Shown here: positions 14,201-25,900 of the stretch, piece after piece
Position numbering within the stretch: position 1 is the first letter of the stretch
How the letters are laid out: every line of letters begins with the position of its first letter
NCBI GenBank assembly: GCA_964016885.1
Contig: OZ024744.1
Coordinates: 15,624,001-15,688,000 of the forward strand
Source of the DNA: Eledone cirrhosa
Lineage: Eukaryota
Reading direction: 5' to 3'
Length of the DNA stretch: 64,000 bases
Notes under the pieces: model-generated
The model's input: the letters and a program-made list of their open reading frames with translations, nothing else
Told to the model about the DNA's origin: nothing
The model's database searches: none
Program-made: the position numbers and the translations under genes

Positions 14201-17200
14201 GTGAGTGTGAGTGTGTCAGTGTGTATGTGTATGTGAGTGTGTCAGGGCGTATGTGAGTGTGTCAGTGTTTATGTGAGTGTGAGTGCGAGTGTGTCAGTGT
14301 GTATGTGAGTGTGAGTGTGTCAGTGTGTATGTGAGTGTGAGTGTGTCAGTGTGTATGTGAGTGTGTAGTCTGTATGTGAGTGTGAGTGTGTTAGTGTGTA
14401 TGTGAGTGTGTCAGTGTGCATGTGAGTGTGTGTGTGATTGTGTCAATGTGTATGTGAGTGTGTCAGTGTGTATGTGAGTGTGATTGCTAGTGTGTCAGTG
14501 TATATGTGAGTGTGAGTGTGTCAGTGTGTATGTGAGTGTGAGTGTGAGTGTGTCAGTGTGCATGTGAGTGTGTGTGTGTCAGTGTGTATGTGAGTGTGTC
14601 AGTGTGTATGTGAGTGTGTGTGTGAGTGTGTCAGTGAGTATGTGAGTGTGTCAGTGTGTATGTGAATGTGAGTGTGAGTGTGTCAGTGTCTATGTGAGTG
14701 TGTCAGTGTGTATGTGAGTGTGAGTGTGTCAGTGTGTATGTGAGTGTGAGTGTGAGTGTGTCAGTGTGTATGTGAGTGTGAATGTGTCAGTGTGTATGTG
14801 AGTGTGTCAGTGTGTATGTGAGTGTGAGTGTGTCAGTGTGTATGTGAGTGTGTCAGTGTGCATGTGAGTGTGAGTGTGAGTGTGTCAATGTGTATGAGTG
14901 TGTCAGTGTGTATGTGAGTGTGAGTGCTAGTGTGTCAGTGTGTATATGAGTGCGAGTGTGTCAGTGTGTATGTGAGTGTGAGTGTGTATGTGAGTGTGAG
15001 TGTGAGTGTGTCAGTGTGTATGTGAGTGTGTGTGTGTCAGTGTGTATGTGAGTGTGTCAGTGTGTCAGTGTGTATGTGAGTGTGAGTGATCGAGTGTGTA
15101 TGTGAGTGTGAGTGTGTCAGTGTGTATGTGAGTGTGTCAGTGTGTATGTGACTAGTTGAGTGTGAGTGTGTCAGTGTGTATGTCAGTCTCAGTGTGTCAG
15201 TGTGTGAGTGTGAGTGTCAGCTTGTCAGTGTGTATGTGAGTGTGTCAATGTGTATGTGAGTGTGAGTGTGTCAGTGTGTATGTGAGTGTGTCAGTGTGTA
15301 TGTGAGTGTAAGTGTGTCAGTGTTTATGAGTGTGTCAGTGTGTTTGTGAGTGTGTGTGTGAGTTTGTCAGTGTGTATGTGAGAGGCAGTGTGTGAGTGTG
15401 TAAGTGTGACTCTGAGTTTGTAAGTGCGTATGTGAGTTTGTAAGTGTGTATGTGAGTGTGTCAGTGTGTATGTGAGTGTGAGTGGGAGTGTGTGAGTGTG
15501 TATTTTGAGAGTGAGTGTGAGTTTGTCACTGTGTATGTGAGTGTGTCAGTGTGTATTTTGAGTGTGAGTGTGTGTATGTGAGTGTGTATGTGAGTGTGTC
15601 AGTGTGTATGTGAGTGTGAGTGCGTCAGTGTGTATGTCAGTGTGTCAGTGTGTATGTGAGTGTGTCAGTGTGTATGTGAGTGTCAGTGTGTCAGTGTGTG
15701 TTTGAGTGTGTCAGTGTGTATGTGTGTGTGTCAGTGTGTATGTGAGTGTGTCAGTGTGTATGTGAGTGTGAGTGTGTCAGTGTGTATGTGAGTGTGAGTG
15801 TGTCAGTGTGTATGTGAGTGTGTCAGTGTGTATGTGAGTGTGAGTGTGAGTGTGTCAGTGTGTATGTGGGTGTGAGTGTGTCAGTGTGTATGTGAGTGTG
15901 TCAGTGTGTATGTGAGTGTGAGTGTGTCAGTTTGTATGTGAGTGTGAGTGTGTCAGTGTGTATGTGAGTGTGTCAGTGTGTATGTGAGTGTGAGTGTGTC
16001 AGTGTGTATGTGAGTGTGTCAGTGTGTCAGTGTGTATGTGAGCAGTTGAGTGTGAGTGTGTCAGTGTGTATGTGAATGTGAGTGCGAGTGTGTCAGTGTG
16101 TATGTGAGTGTGTCAGTGTGTATGTGAGTGTGAGTGCGTCAGTGTGTATGTGAATGTGAGTGTGTCAGTGTGTATGTGAGTGTGTCAGTGTGTATGTTAG
16201 TGTGAGTGTGTCAGTGTGTATGTGAGTGTTAGTGTGTCAGTGTGTATGTGAGTCTCTCAGTGTGTATGTGAGTGTGAGTGTGAGTGTGCCAGTGTGTATG
16301 TGAGTGTGAGTGTGTCAGTGTGCATGTGAGTGTGTCAGTGTGTATGTGAGTGTGAGTGTGTCAGTGTGTATGTGAGTGTGATTGTGTCAGTGTGTATGTG
16401 AGTGTGTCAGAATGTATGTGAGTGTGAGTGAGAATGTGTCAATGTGTATGCCAGTCTCAGTGTGTCAGTGTGTATGTGAGTGTGTCAATGTGAATGTGAG
16501 TGTGAGCGTGTCAGTTTGTATGTGAGTGTGTATGTGAGTGTGAGTGTGAGTGTGAGTGTGTCAGTGTGTAAGTGAGTGTGAGTTTGAGTGTGTCGGTGTG
16601 TATGTGAGAGTCAGTGTGTGAGTGTTTAAGTGTGAGTGTGAGTGTGTAAGTGCGTATGTGAGTGTGTCAGTGTGTATGTGAGTGTGTCAGTGTGTATATG
16701 AGTGTCAGTGTGAGTGTGTCAGTGTGTATGTGAGTGTGAGTGTATCAGTGTGTTTCTGACTGTGTCAGTGTGTATGTGAGTGTGTATGTCAGTGTGTCAG
16801 TGTCTATGTGAGTGTGTCAATGTGTATGTGAGTGTGAGTGTGAGTTTGTCAGTGTGTATGTGAGTGTGTCAGTGTGTATGTGAGTGTGTCAGTGTGTAGC
16901 TGAGTGTGAGTGTGTCAGTGTGTATGCGAGTGTGAGTGTGTCAGTGTGTATGTGAGTGTGAGTGTGTCAGTGTGTATGTGAGTGTGAGTGTGTCAGTGTG
17001 TATGTGAGTGTGTCAGTGTGTATGTGAGTGTGAGTGTGAGTGTGTCAGTGTGTATGTCAGTTTCAGTGTGACAGTGTGTGGGGTGTGAGTGTGAGCGTGT
17101 CAGTGTGTATGTGAGTGTGTCAATGTGTATGTGAGTGTGAGCGTGTCAGTTTGTATGTGAGTGTGTCAGTGTGTATGTGAGTGTGAGTGTGAGTGTGAGT

Positions 17201-20200
17201 GTGTCAGTGTGTATGAGTGTGTCAGTGTGTGTGTGTTTAAGTGTGAGTGTGAGTGTGTAAGTGCGTATGTGAGTGTGTTAGTGTGTATGTGAGTGTGTCA
17301 GTGTGTATGTGAGTGTCAGTGTGAGTGTGTCAGTGTGTATGTGAGTGTGAGTGTGTCAGTGTGTTTCTGAGTGTGTCAGTGTGTACGTGAGTGTGTCAGT
17401 GTGTATGTGAGTGTGAGTGTGAGTGTGTCAGTGTGTATGTGAGTATGAGTGTGCCAGTGTGTATGTGTGTGTCAGTGTGTATGTGAGTGTGAGTGTGTCA
17501 GTTTGTATGTGAGTGTGAGTGTGTCAGTGTGTATGTGAGTGTGTCAGTGTGTATGTGAGTGTGAGTGTGTCAGTGTGTATGTGAGTGTGTCAGTGTGTAT
17601 GTGAGTGTGAGTGCGTCAGTGTGTATGTGAGTGTGAGTGCGAGAGTGTCAGTGTGTATGTGACTGTGAGTGTGTCAGTGTGTATGTGAGTGTGTCAGTGT
17701 GTATGTGTGTGTGGCAGTGTGTATGTGAGTGTGAGTGCCAGTGTGTCAGTGTGTATATGAGTGTGAGTGTGTCAGTGTGTATGTGAGTGTGAGTGTGAGT
17801 GTGTCAGTGTGTGTGTGAGTTTATCAGTGTGTATGTGAGTGTGTCAGTGTGTATGTGATTGTGAGTGTGAGTGTGTCAGTGTGTATGTGAGTGTGAGTGT
17901 GTCAGTGTGTATGTGTATGTGAGTGTGTCAGGGCGTATGTGAGTGTGTCAGTGTTTATGTGAGTGTGAGTGCGAGTGTGTCAGTGTGTATGTGAGTGTGA
18001 GTGTGTCAGTGTGTATGTGAGTGTGAGTGTGTCAGTGTTTATGTGAGTGTGTAGTCTGTATGTGAGTGTGAGTGTGTTAGTGTGTATGTGAGTGTGTCAG
18101 TGTGCATGTGAGTGTGTGTGTGATTGTGTCAATGTGTATGTGAGTGTGTCAGTGTGTATGTGAGTGTGATTGCTAGTGTGTCAGTGTATATGTGAGTGTG
18201 AGTGTGTCAGTGTGTATGTGAGTGTGAGTGTGAGTGTGTTAGTGTGCATGTGAGTGTGTGTGTGTCAGTGTGTATGTGAGTGTGTCAGTGTGTATGTGAG
18301 TGTGTGTGTGAGTGTGTCAGTGAGTATGTGAGTGTGTCAGTGTGTATGTGAATGTGAGTGTGAGTGTGTCAGTGTCTATGTGAGTGTGTCAGTGTGTATG
18401 TGAGTGTGAGTGTGTCAGTGTGTATGTGAGTGTGAATGTGTCAGTGTGTATGTGAGTGTGTCATTGTGTATGTGAGTGTGAGTGTGTCAGTGTGTATGTG
18501 AGTGTGTCATTGTGCATGTGAGTGTGAGTGTGAGTGTGTCAATGTGTATGTGAGTGTGTCAGTGTGTATGTGAGTGTGAGTGCTAGTGTGTCAGTGTGTA
18601 TATGAGTGCGAGTGTGTCAGTGTGTATGTCAGTCTCAGTGTGTCAGTGTGTGAGTGTGAGTGTGAGCTTGTCAGTGTGTATGTGAGTGTGTCAATGTGTA
18701 TGTGAGTGTGAGTGTGTCAGTGTGTATGTGAGTGTGTCAGTGTGTATGTGAGTGTGAGTGTGTCAGTGTTTATGAGTGTGTCAGTGTGTTTGTGAGTGTG
18801 TGTGTGAGTTTGTCAGTGTGTATGTGAGAGGCAGTGTGTGAGTGTGTAAGTGTGACTCTGAGTTTGTAAGTGCGTATGTGAGTTTGTAAGTGTGTATGTG
18901 AGTGTGTCAGTGTGTATGTCAGTGTGTCAGTGTGAATGTGAGTGACAGTTTGTCAGTGTGTATGTGAGTGTATTTCAGTGTGTATGTGAGTGTGAGTGGG
19001 AGTGTGTGAGTGTGTATTTTGAGTGTGAGTGTGAGTTTGTCACTCTGTATGTGAGTGTGTCAGTGTGTATTTTGAGTGTGAGTGTGAGTTTGTCAGTGTG
19101 TATGTGAGTGTGTCAGTGTGTATGTGAGTGTGAGTGTGTCAGTGTGTATGTCAGTGTGTCAGTGTGTATGTGAGTGTGTCAGTGTGTATGTGAGTGTCAG
19201 TGTGTCAGTGTGTGTTTGAGTGTGTCAGTGTGTATGTGTGTGTGTCAGTGTGTATGTGAGTGTGTCAGTGTGTATGTGAGTGTGAGTGTGTCAGTGTGTA
19301 TGTGAGTGTGAGTGTGTCAGTGTGTATGTGAGTGTGTCAGTGTGTATGTGAGTGTGAGTGTGAGTGTGTCAGTGTGTATGTGGGTGTGAGTGTGTCAGTG
19401 TGTATGTGAGTGTGTCAGTGTGTATGTGAGTGTGAGTGTGTCAGTTTGTATGTGAGTGTGAGTGTGTCAGTGTGTATGTGAGTGTGAGTGTGAGTGTGTC
19501 AGTGTGTATGTGAGTGTGAGTGTCAGTGTGTCAGTGTGTATGTGAGTGTGTCAGTGTGTATGTGAGTGTGAGTGTGTCAGTGTGTATGTGAGTGTGTCAG
19601 TGTGTATGTGTGTGTCAGTGTGTATGTGAGTGTGAGTGTGTCAGTTTGTATGTGAGTGTGAGTGTGTCAGTGTGTATGTGAGTGTGTCAGTGTGTATGTG
19701 AGTGTGAGTGTGTCAGTGTGTATGTGAGTGTGTCAGTGTGTATGTGAGTGTGAGTGCGTCAGTGTGTATGTGAGTGTGAGTGTGTCAGTGTGTATGTCAG
19801 TGTGTCAGTGTGTATGTGAGTGTGGCAGTGTGTATGTGAGTGTGAGTGCGAGAGTGTCAGTGTGTATGTGACTGTGAGTGTGTCAGTGTGTATGTGAGTG
19901 TGTCAGTGTGTATGTGAGTGTGGCAGTGTGTATGTGAGTGTGAGTGTGAGTGTGTCAGTGTGTGTGAGAGTTTATCAGTGTGTATGTGAGTGTGTCAGTG
20001 TGTATGTGAGTGTGAGTGTGAGTGTGTCAGTGTGTACGTGAGTGTGAGTGTGTCAGTGTGTATGTGTATGTGAGTGTGTCAGGGCGTATGTGAGTGTGTC
20101 AGTGTTTATGTGAGTGTGAGTGCGAGTGTGTCAGTGTGTATGTGAGTGTGAGTGTGTCAGTGTGTATGTGAGTGTGAGTGTGTCAGTGTGTATGTGAGTG

Positions 20201-22912
20201 TGTAGTCTGTATGTGAGTGTGAGTGTGTTAGTGTGTATGTGAGTGTGTCAGTGTGCATGTGAGTGTGTGTGTGATTGTGTCAATGTGTATGTGAGTGTGT
20301 CAGTGTGTATGTGAGTGTGATTGCTAGTGTGTCAGTGTATATGTGAGTGTGAGTGTGTCAGTGTGTATGTGAGTGTGAGTGTGAGTGTGTCAGTGTGCAT
20401 GTGAGTGTGTGTGTGTCAGTGTGTATGTGAGTGTGTCAGTGTGTATGTGAGTGTGTGTGTGAGTGTGTCAGTGAGTATGTGAGTGTGTCAGTGTGTATGT
20501 GAATGTGAGTGTGAGTGTGTCAGTGTCTATGTGAGTGTGTCAGTGTGTATGTGAGTGTGAGTGTGTCAGTGTGTATGTGAGTGTGAGTGTGAGTGTGTCA
20601 GTGTGTATGTGAGTGTGAATGTGTCAGTGTGTATGTGAGTGTGTCAGTGTGTATGTGAGTGTGAGTGTGTCAGTGTGTATGTGAGTGTGTCAGTGTGCAT
20701 GTGAGTGTGAGTGTGAGTGTGTCAATGTGTATGAGTGTGTCAGTGTGTATGTGAGTGTGAGTGCTAGTGTGTCAGTGTGTATATGAGTGCGAGTGTGTCA
20801 GTGTGTATGTGAGTGTGAGTGTGTATGTGAGTGTGAGTGTGAGTGTGTCAGTGTGTATGTGAGTGTGTGTGTGTCAGTGTGTATGTGAGTGTGTCAGTGT
20901 GTCAGTGTGTATGTGAGTGTGAGTGATCGAGTGTGTATGTGAGTGTGAGTGTGTCAGTGTGTATGTGAGTGTGTCAGTGTGTATGTGACTAGTTGAGTGT
21001 GAGTGTGTCAGTGTGTATGTCAGTCTCAGTGTGTCAGTGTGTGAGTGTGAGTGTCAGCTTGTCAGTGTGTATGTGAGTGTGTCAATGTGTATGTGAGTGT
21101 GAGTGTGTCAGTGTGTATGTGAGTGTGTCAGTGTGTATGTGAGTGTAAGTGTGTCAGTGTTTATGAGTGTGTCAGTGTGTTTGTGAGTGTGTGTGTGAGT
21201 TTGTCAGTGTGTATGTGAGAGGCAGTGTGTGAGTGTGTAAGTGTGACTCTGAGTTTGTAAGTGCGTATGTGAGTTTGTAAGTGTGTATGTGAGTGTGTCA
21301 GTGTGTATGTGAGTGTGAGTGGGAGTGTGTGAGTGTGTATTTTGAGAGTGAGTGTGAGTTTGTCACTGTGTATGTGAGTGTGTCAGTGTGTATTTTGAGT
21401 GTGAGTGTGTGTATGTGAGTGTGTATGTGAGTGTGTCAGTGTGTATGTGAGTGTGAGTGCGTCAGTGTGTATGTCAGTGTGTCAGTGTGTATGTGAGTGT
21501 GTCAGTGTGTATGTGAGTGTCAGTGTGTCAGTGTGTGTTTGAGTGTGTCAGTGTGTATGTGTGTGTGTCAGTGTGTATGTGAGTGTGTCAGTGTGTATGT
21601 GAGTGTGAGTGTGTCAGTGTGTATGTGAGTGTGAGTGTGTCAGTGTGTATGTGAGTGTGTCAGTGTGTATGTGAGTGTGAGTGTGAGTGTGTCAGTGTGT
21701 ATGTGGGTGTGAGTGTGTCAGTGTGTATGTGAGTGTGTCAGTGTGTATGTGAGTGTGAGTGTGTCAGTTTGTATGTGAGTGTGAGTGTGTCAGTGTGTAT
21801 GTGAGTGTGTCAGTGTGTATGTGAGTGTGAGTGTGTCAGTGTGTATGTGAGTGTGTCAGTGTGTCAGTGTGTATGTGAGCAGTTGAGTGTGAGTGTGTCA
21901 GTGTGTATGTGAATGTGAGTGCGAGTGTGTCAGTGTGTATGTGAGTGTGTCAGTGTGTATGTGAGTGTGAGTGCGTCAGTGTGTATGTGAATGTGAGTGT
22001 GTCAGTGTGTATGTGAGTGTGTCAGTGTGTATGTTAGTGTGAGTGTGTCAGTGTGTATGTGAGTGTTAGTGTGTCAGTGTGTATGTGAGTCTCTCAGTGT
22101 GTATGTGAGTGTGAGTGTGAGTGTGCCAGTGTGTATGTGAGTGTGAGTGTGTCAGTGTGCATGTGAGTGTGTCAGTGTGTATGTGAGTGTGAGTGTGTCA
22201 GTGTGTATGTGAGTGTGATTGTGTCAGTGTGTATGTGAGTGTGTCAGAATGTATGTGAGTGTGAGTGAGAATGTGTCAATGTGTATGCCAGTCTCAGTGT
22301 GTCAGTGTGTATGTGACTGTGTCAATGTGAATGTGAGTGTGAGCGTGTCAGTTTGTATGTGAGTGTGTATGTGAGTGTGAGTGTGAGTGTGAGTGTGTCA
22401 GTGTGTATGAGTGTGTCAGTGTGTAAGTGAGTGTGAGTTTGAGTGTGTCGGTGTGTATGTGAGAGTCAGTGTGTGAGTGTTTAAGTGTGAGTGTGAGTGT
22501 GTAAGTGCGTATGTGAGTGTGTCAGTGTGTATGTGAGTGTGACAGTGTGTATATGAGTGTCAGTGTGAGTGTGTCAGTGTGTATGTGAGTGTGAGTGTAT
22601 CAGTGTGTTTCTGACTGTGTCAGTGTGTATGTGAGTGTGTATGTCAGTGTGTCAGTGTCTATGTGAGTGTGTCAATGTGTATGTGAGTGTGAGTGTGAGT
22701 TTGTCAGTGTGTATGTGAGTGTGTCAGTGTGTATGTGAGTGTGTCAGTGTGTAGCTGAGTGTGAGTGTGTCAGTGTGTATGCGAGTGTGAGTGTGTCAGT
22801 GTGTATGTGAGTGTGAGTGTGTCAGTGTGTATGTGAGTGTGAGTGTGTCAGTGTGTATGTGAGTGTGTCAGTGTGTATGTGAGTGTGAGTGTGAGTGTGT
22901 CAGTGTGTATGT
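11212..22912 (+). repeat. Near-identical tandem duplication, period 5837 bp, junction near 17050
   Basis: ACAGTGTGTGGGG (11234/17071), GAGAGGCAG (12995/18832 and 15386/21223), GATCGAG (15091/20928), TATGCCAG (16451/22288) are all offset by 5837. An 18-bp insertion lies near 22405 in copy 2. Confidence 0.93.
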
Positions 22913-25900
22913 GAGTGTGAGTGTGCCAGTTTATATGTGTGTGTCAGTGTGTATGTGAGTGTGAGTGTGTCAGTGGGTATGTGAGTGTGTCAGTGTGTAT
23001 GTGAGCAGTTGAGTGTGAGTGTGTCAGTGTGTATGTGAATGTGAGTGCGAGTGTGTCAGTGTGTATGTGAGTGTGAGTGTGTCAGTGTGTATGTGAGTGT
23101 GTCAGTGTGTATGTGAGTGTGAGTGTGAGTGTGTCAGTGTGTATGTGAGTGTGAGTGTCAGTGTGTCAGTGTGTATGTGAGTGTGTCAGTGTGTATGTGA
23201 GTATGAGTGTGTCAGTGTGTATGTGAGTGTGTCAGTGTGTATGTGAGCAGTTGAGTGTGAGTGTGTCAGTGTGTATGTGAATGTGAGTGCGAGTGTGTCA
23301 GTGTGTATGTGAGTGTGTCAGTGTGTATGTGAGTGTGTCAGTGTGTATGTGAGTGTGAGTGTGTCAGTGTGTATGTGAGTGTGTCAGTGTGTATGTGAGT
23401 CTCTCAGTGTGTATGTGAGTGTGAGTGTGAGTGTGCCAGTGTGTATGTGAGTGTGAGTGTGTCAGTGTGCATGTGAGTGTGTCAGTGTGTATGTGAGTGT
23501 GAGTGTGTCAGTGTGTATGTGAGTGTGATTGTGTCAGTGTGTATGTGAGTGTGTCAGAATGTATGTGAGTGTGAGTGAGAATGTGTCAATGTGTTTGTCA
23601 GTTTCAGTGTGACAGTGTGTGAGTGTGAGTGTGAGCGTGTCAGTGTGTATGTGAGTGTGTCAATGTGTATGTGAGTGTGGGCGTGTCAGTTTGTATGTGA
23701 GTGTGTCAGTGTGTATGAGTGTGTCAGTGTGTAAGTGAGTGTGAGTTTGAGTGTGTCAGTGTGTATGTGAGAGTCAGGATGTGAGTGTTTAAGTGTGAGT
23801 GTGAGTGTGTAAGTGCGTATGTGAGTGTGTCAGTGTGTATGTGAGTGTGTCAGTGTGTATGTGAGTGTCAGTGTGAGTGTGTCAGTGCGTATGTGAGTGT
23901 GAGTGTGTCAGTGTGTTTCTGAGTGTGTCAGTGTGTATGTGAGTGTGTCAGTGTGTATGTGAGTGTGAGTGTGAGTGTGTCAGTGTGTATGTGAGTGTGA
24001 GTGTGCCAGTGTTTATGTGTGTGTCAGTGTGTATGTGAGTGTGAGTGTGTCAGTTTGTATGTGAGTGTGAGTGTGTCAGTGTGTATGTGAGTGTGTCAGT
24101 GTGTATGTGAGTGTGAGTGTGTCAGTGTATATGTGAGTGTGTCAGTCTGTATGTGAGTGTGAGTGCGTCAGTGTGTATGTGAGTGTGAGTGTGTCAGTGT
24201 GTATGTGAGTGTGTCAGTGTGTATGTGAGTGTGGCAGTGTGTATGTGAGTGTGAGTGCGAGAGTGTCAGTGTGTATGTGACTGTGAGTGTGTCAGTGTGT
24301 ATGTGAGTGTGTCAGTGTGTATGTGAGTGTGGCAGTGTGTATGTGAGTGTGAGTGCCAGTGTGTCAGTGTGTATATGAGTGTGAGTGTGTCAGTGTGTAT
24401 GTGAGTGTGAGTGTGAGTGTGTCAGTGTGTGTGAGAGTTTATCAGTGTGTATGTGAGTGTGTCAGTGTGTATGTGAGTGTGAGTGTGAGTGTGTCAGTGA
24501 GCATGTGAGTGTGAGTGTGTCAGTGTGTATGTGTATGTGAGTGTGTCAGGGCGTATGTGAGTGTGTCAGTGTTTATGTGAGTGTGAGTGCGAGTGTGTCA
24601 GTGTGTATGAGAGTGTGAGTGTGTCAGTGTGTATGTGAGTGTGAGTGTGTCAGTGTGTATGTGAGTGTGTATTCTGTATGTGAGTGTGAGTGTGTTAGTG
24701 TGTATGTGAGTGTGTCAGTGTGCATGTGAGTGTGTGTGTGATTGTGTCAATGTGTATGTGAGTGTGTCAGTGTGTATGTGAGTGTGATTGCTAGTGTGTC
24801 AGTGTATATGTGAGTGTGAGTGTGTCAGTGTGTATGTGAGAGTCAGTGTGTGAGTGTTTAAGTGTGAATGTGAGTGTGTAAGTGCGTATGTGAGTGTGTC
24901 AGTGTGTATGTGAGTGTGTCAGTGTGTATGTGAGTGTCAGTGTGAGTGTGTCAGTGTGTATGTGATTGTGAGTGTGTCAGTGTGTTTCTGAGAGTGTCAG
25001 TGTGTATGTGAGTGTGTCAGTGTGTATGTGAGTGTGAGTGTGAGTGTGTCAGTGTGTATGTGAGTGTGAGTGTGCCAGTGTGTATGTGTGTGTCAGTGTG
25101 TATGTGAGTGTGAGTGTGTCAGTATGTATGTGAGTATGAGTGTGTCAGTGTGTATGTGAGTGTGTCAGTGTGTATGTGAGTGTGAGTGTGTCAGTGTGTA
25201 TGTGAGTGTGTCAGTGTGTATGTGAGTGTGAGTGCGTCAGTGTGTATGTGAGTGTGAGTGTGTCAGTGTGTATGTGAGTGTGTCAGTGTGTATGTGAGTG
25301 TGGCAGTGTGTATGTGAGTGTGAGTGCGAGAGTGTCAGTGTGTATGTGACTGTGAGTGTGTCAGTGTGTATGTGAGTGTGTCAGTGTGTATGTGAGTGTG
25401 GCAGTGTGTATGTGAGTGTGAGTGCCAGTGTGTCAGTGTGTATATGAGTGTGAGTGTGTCAGTGTGTATGTGAGTGTGAGTGTGAGTGTGTCAGTGTGTG
25501 TGAGAGTTTATCAGTGTGTATGTGAGTGTGTCAGTGTGCATGTGAGTGTGAGTGTGAGTGTGTCAGTGTGTATGTGAGTGTGAGTGTGTCAGTGTGTATG
25601 TGTATGTGAGTGTGTCAGGGCGTATGTGAGTGTGTCAGTGTTTATGTGAGTGTGAGTGCGAGTGTGTCAGTGTGTATGTGAGTGTGAGTGTGTCAGTGTG
25701 TATGTGAGTGTGAGTGTGTCAGTGTGTATGTGAGTGTGTAGTCTGTATGTGAGTGTGAGTGTGATTGCTAGTGTGTCAGTGTATATGTGAGTGTGAGTGT
25801 GTCAGTGTGTATGTGAGAGTCAGTGTGTGAGTGTTTAAGTGTGAATGTGAGTGTGTAAGTGCGTATGTGAGTGTGTCAGTGTGTATGTGAGTGTGTCAGT

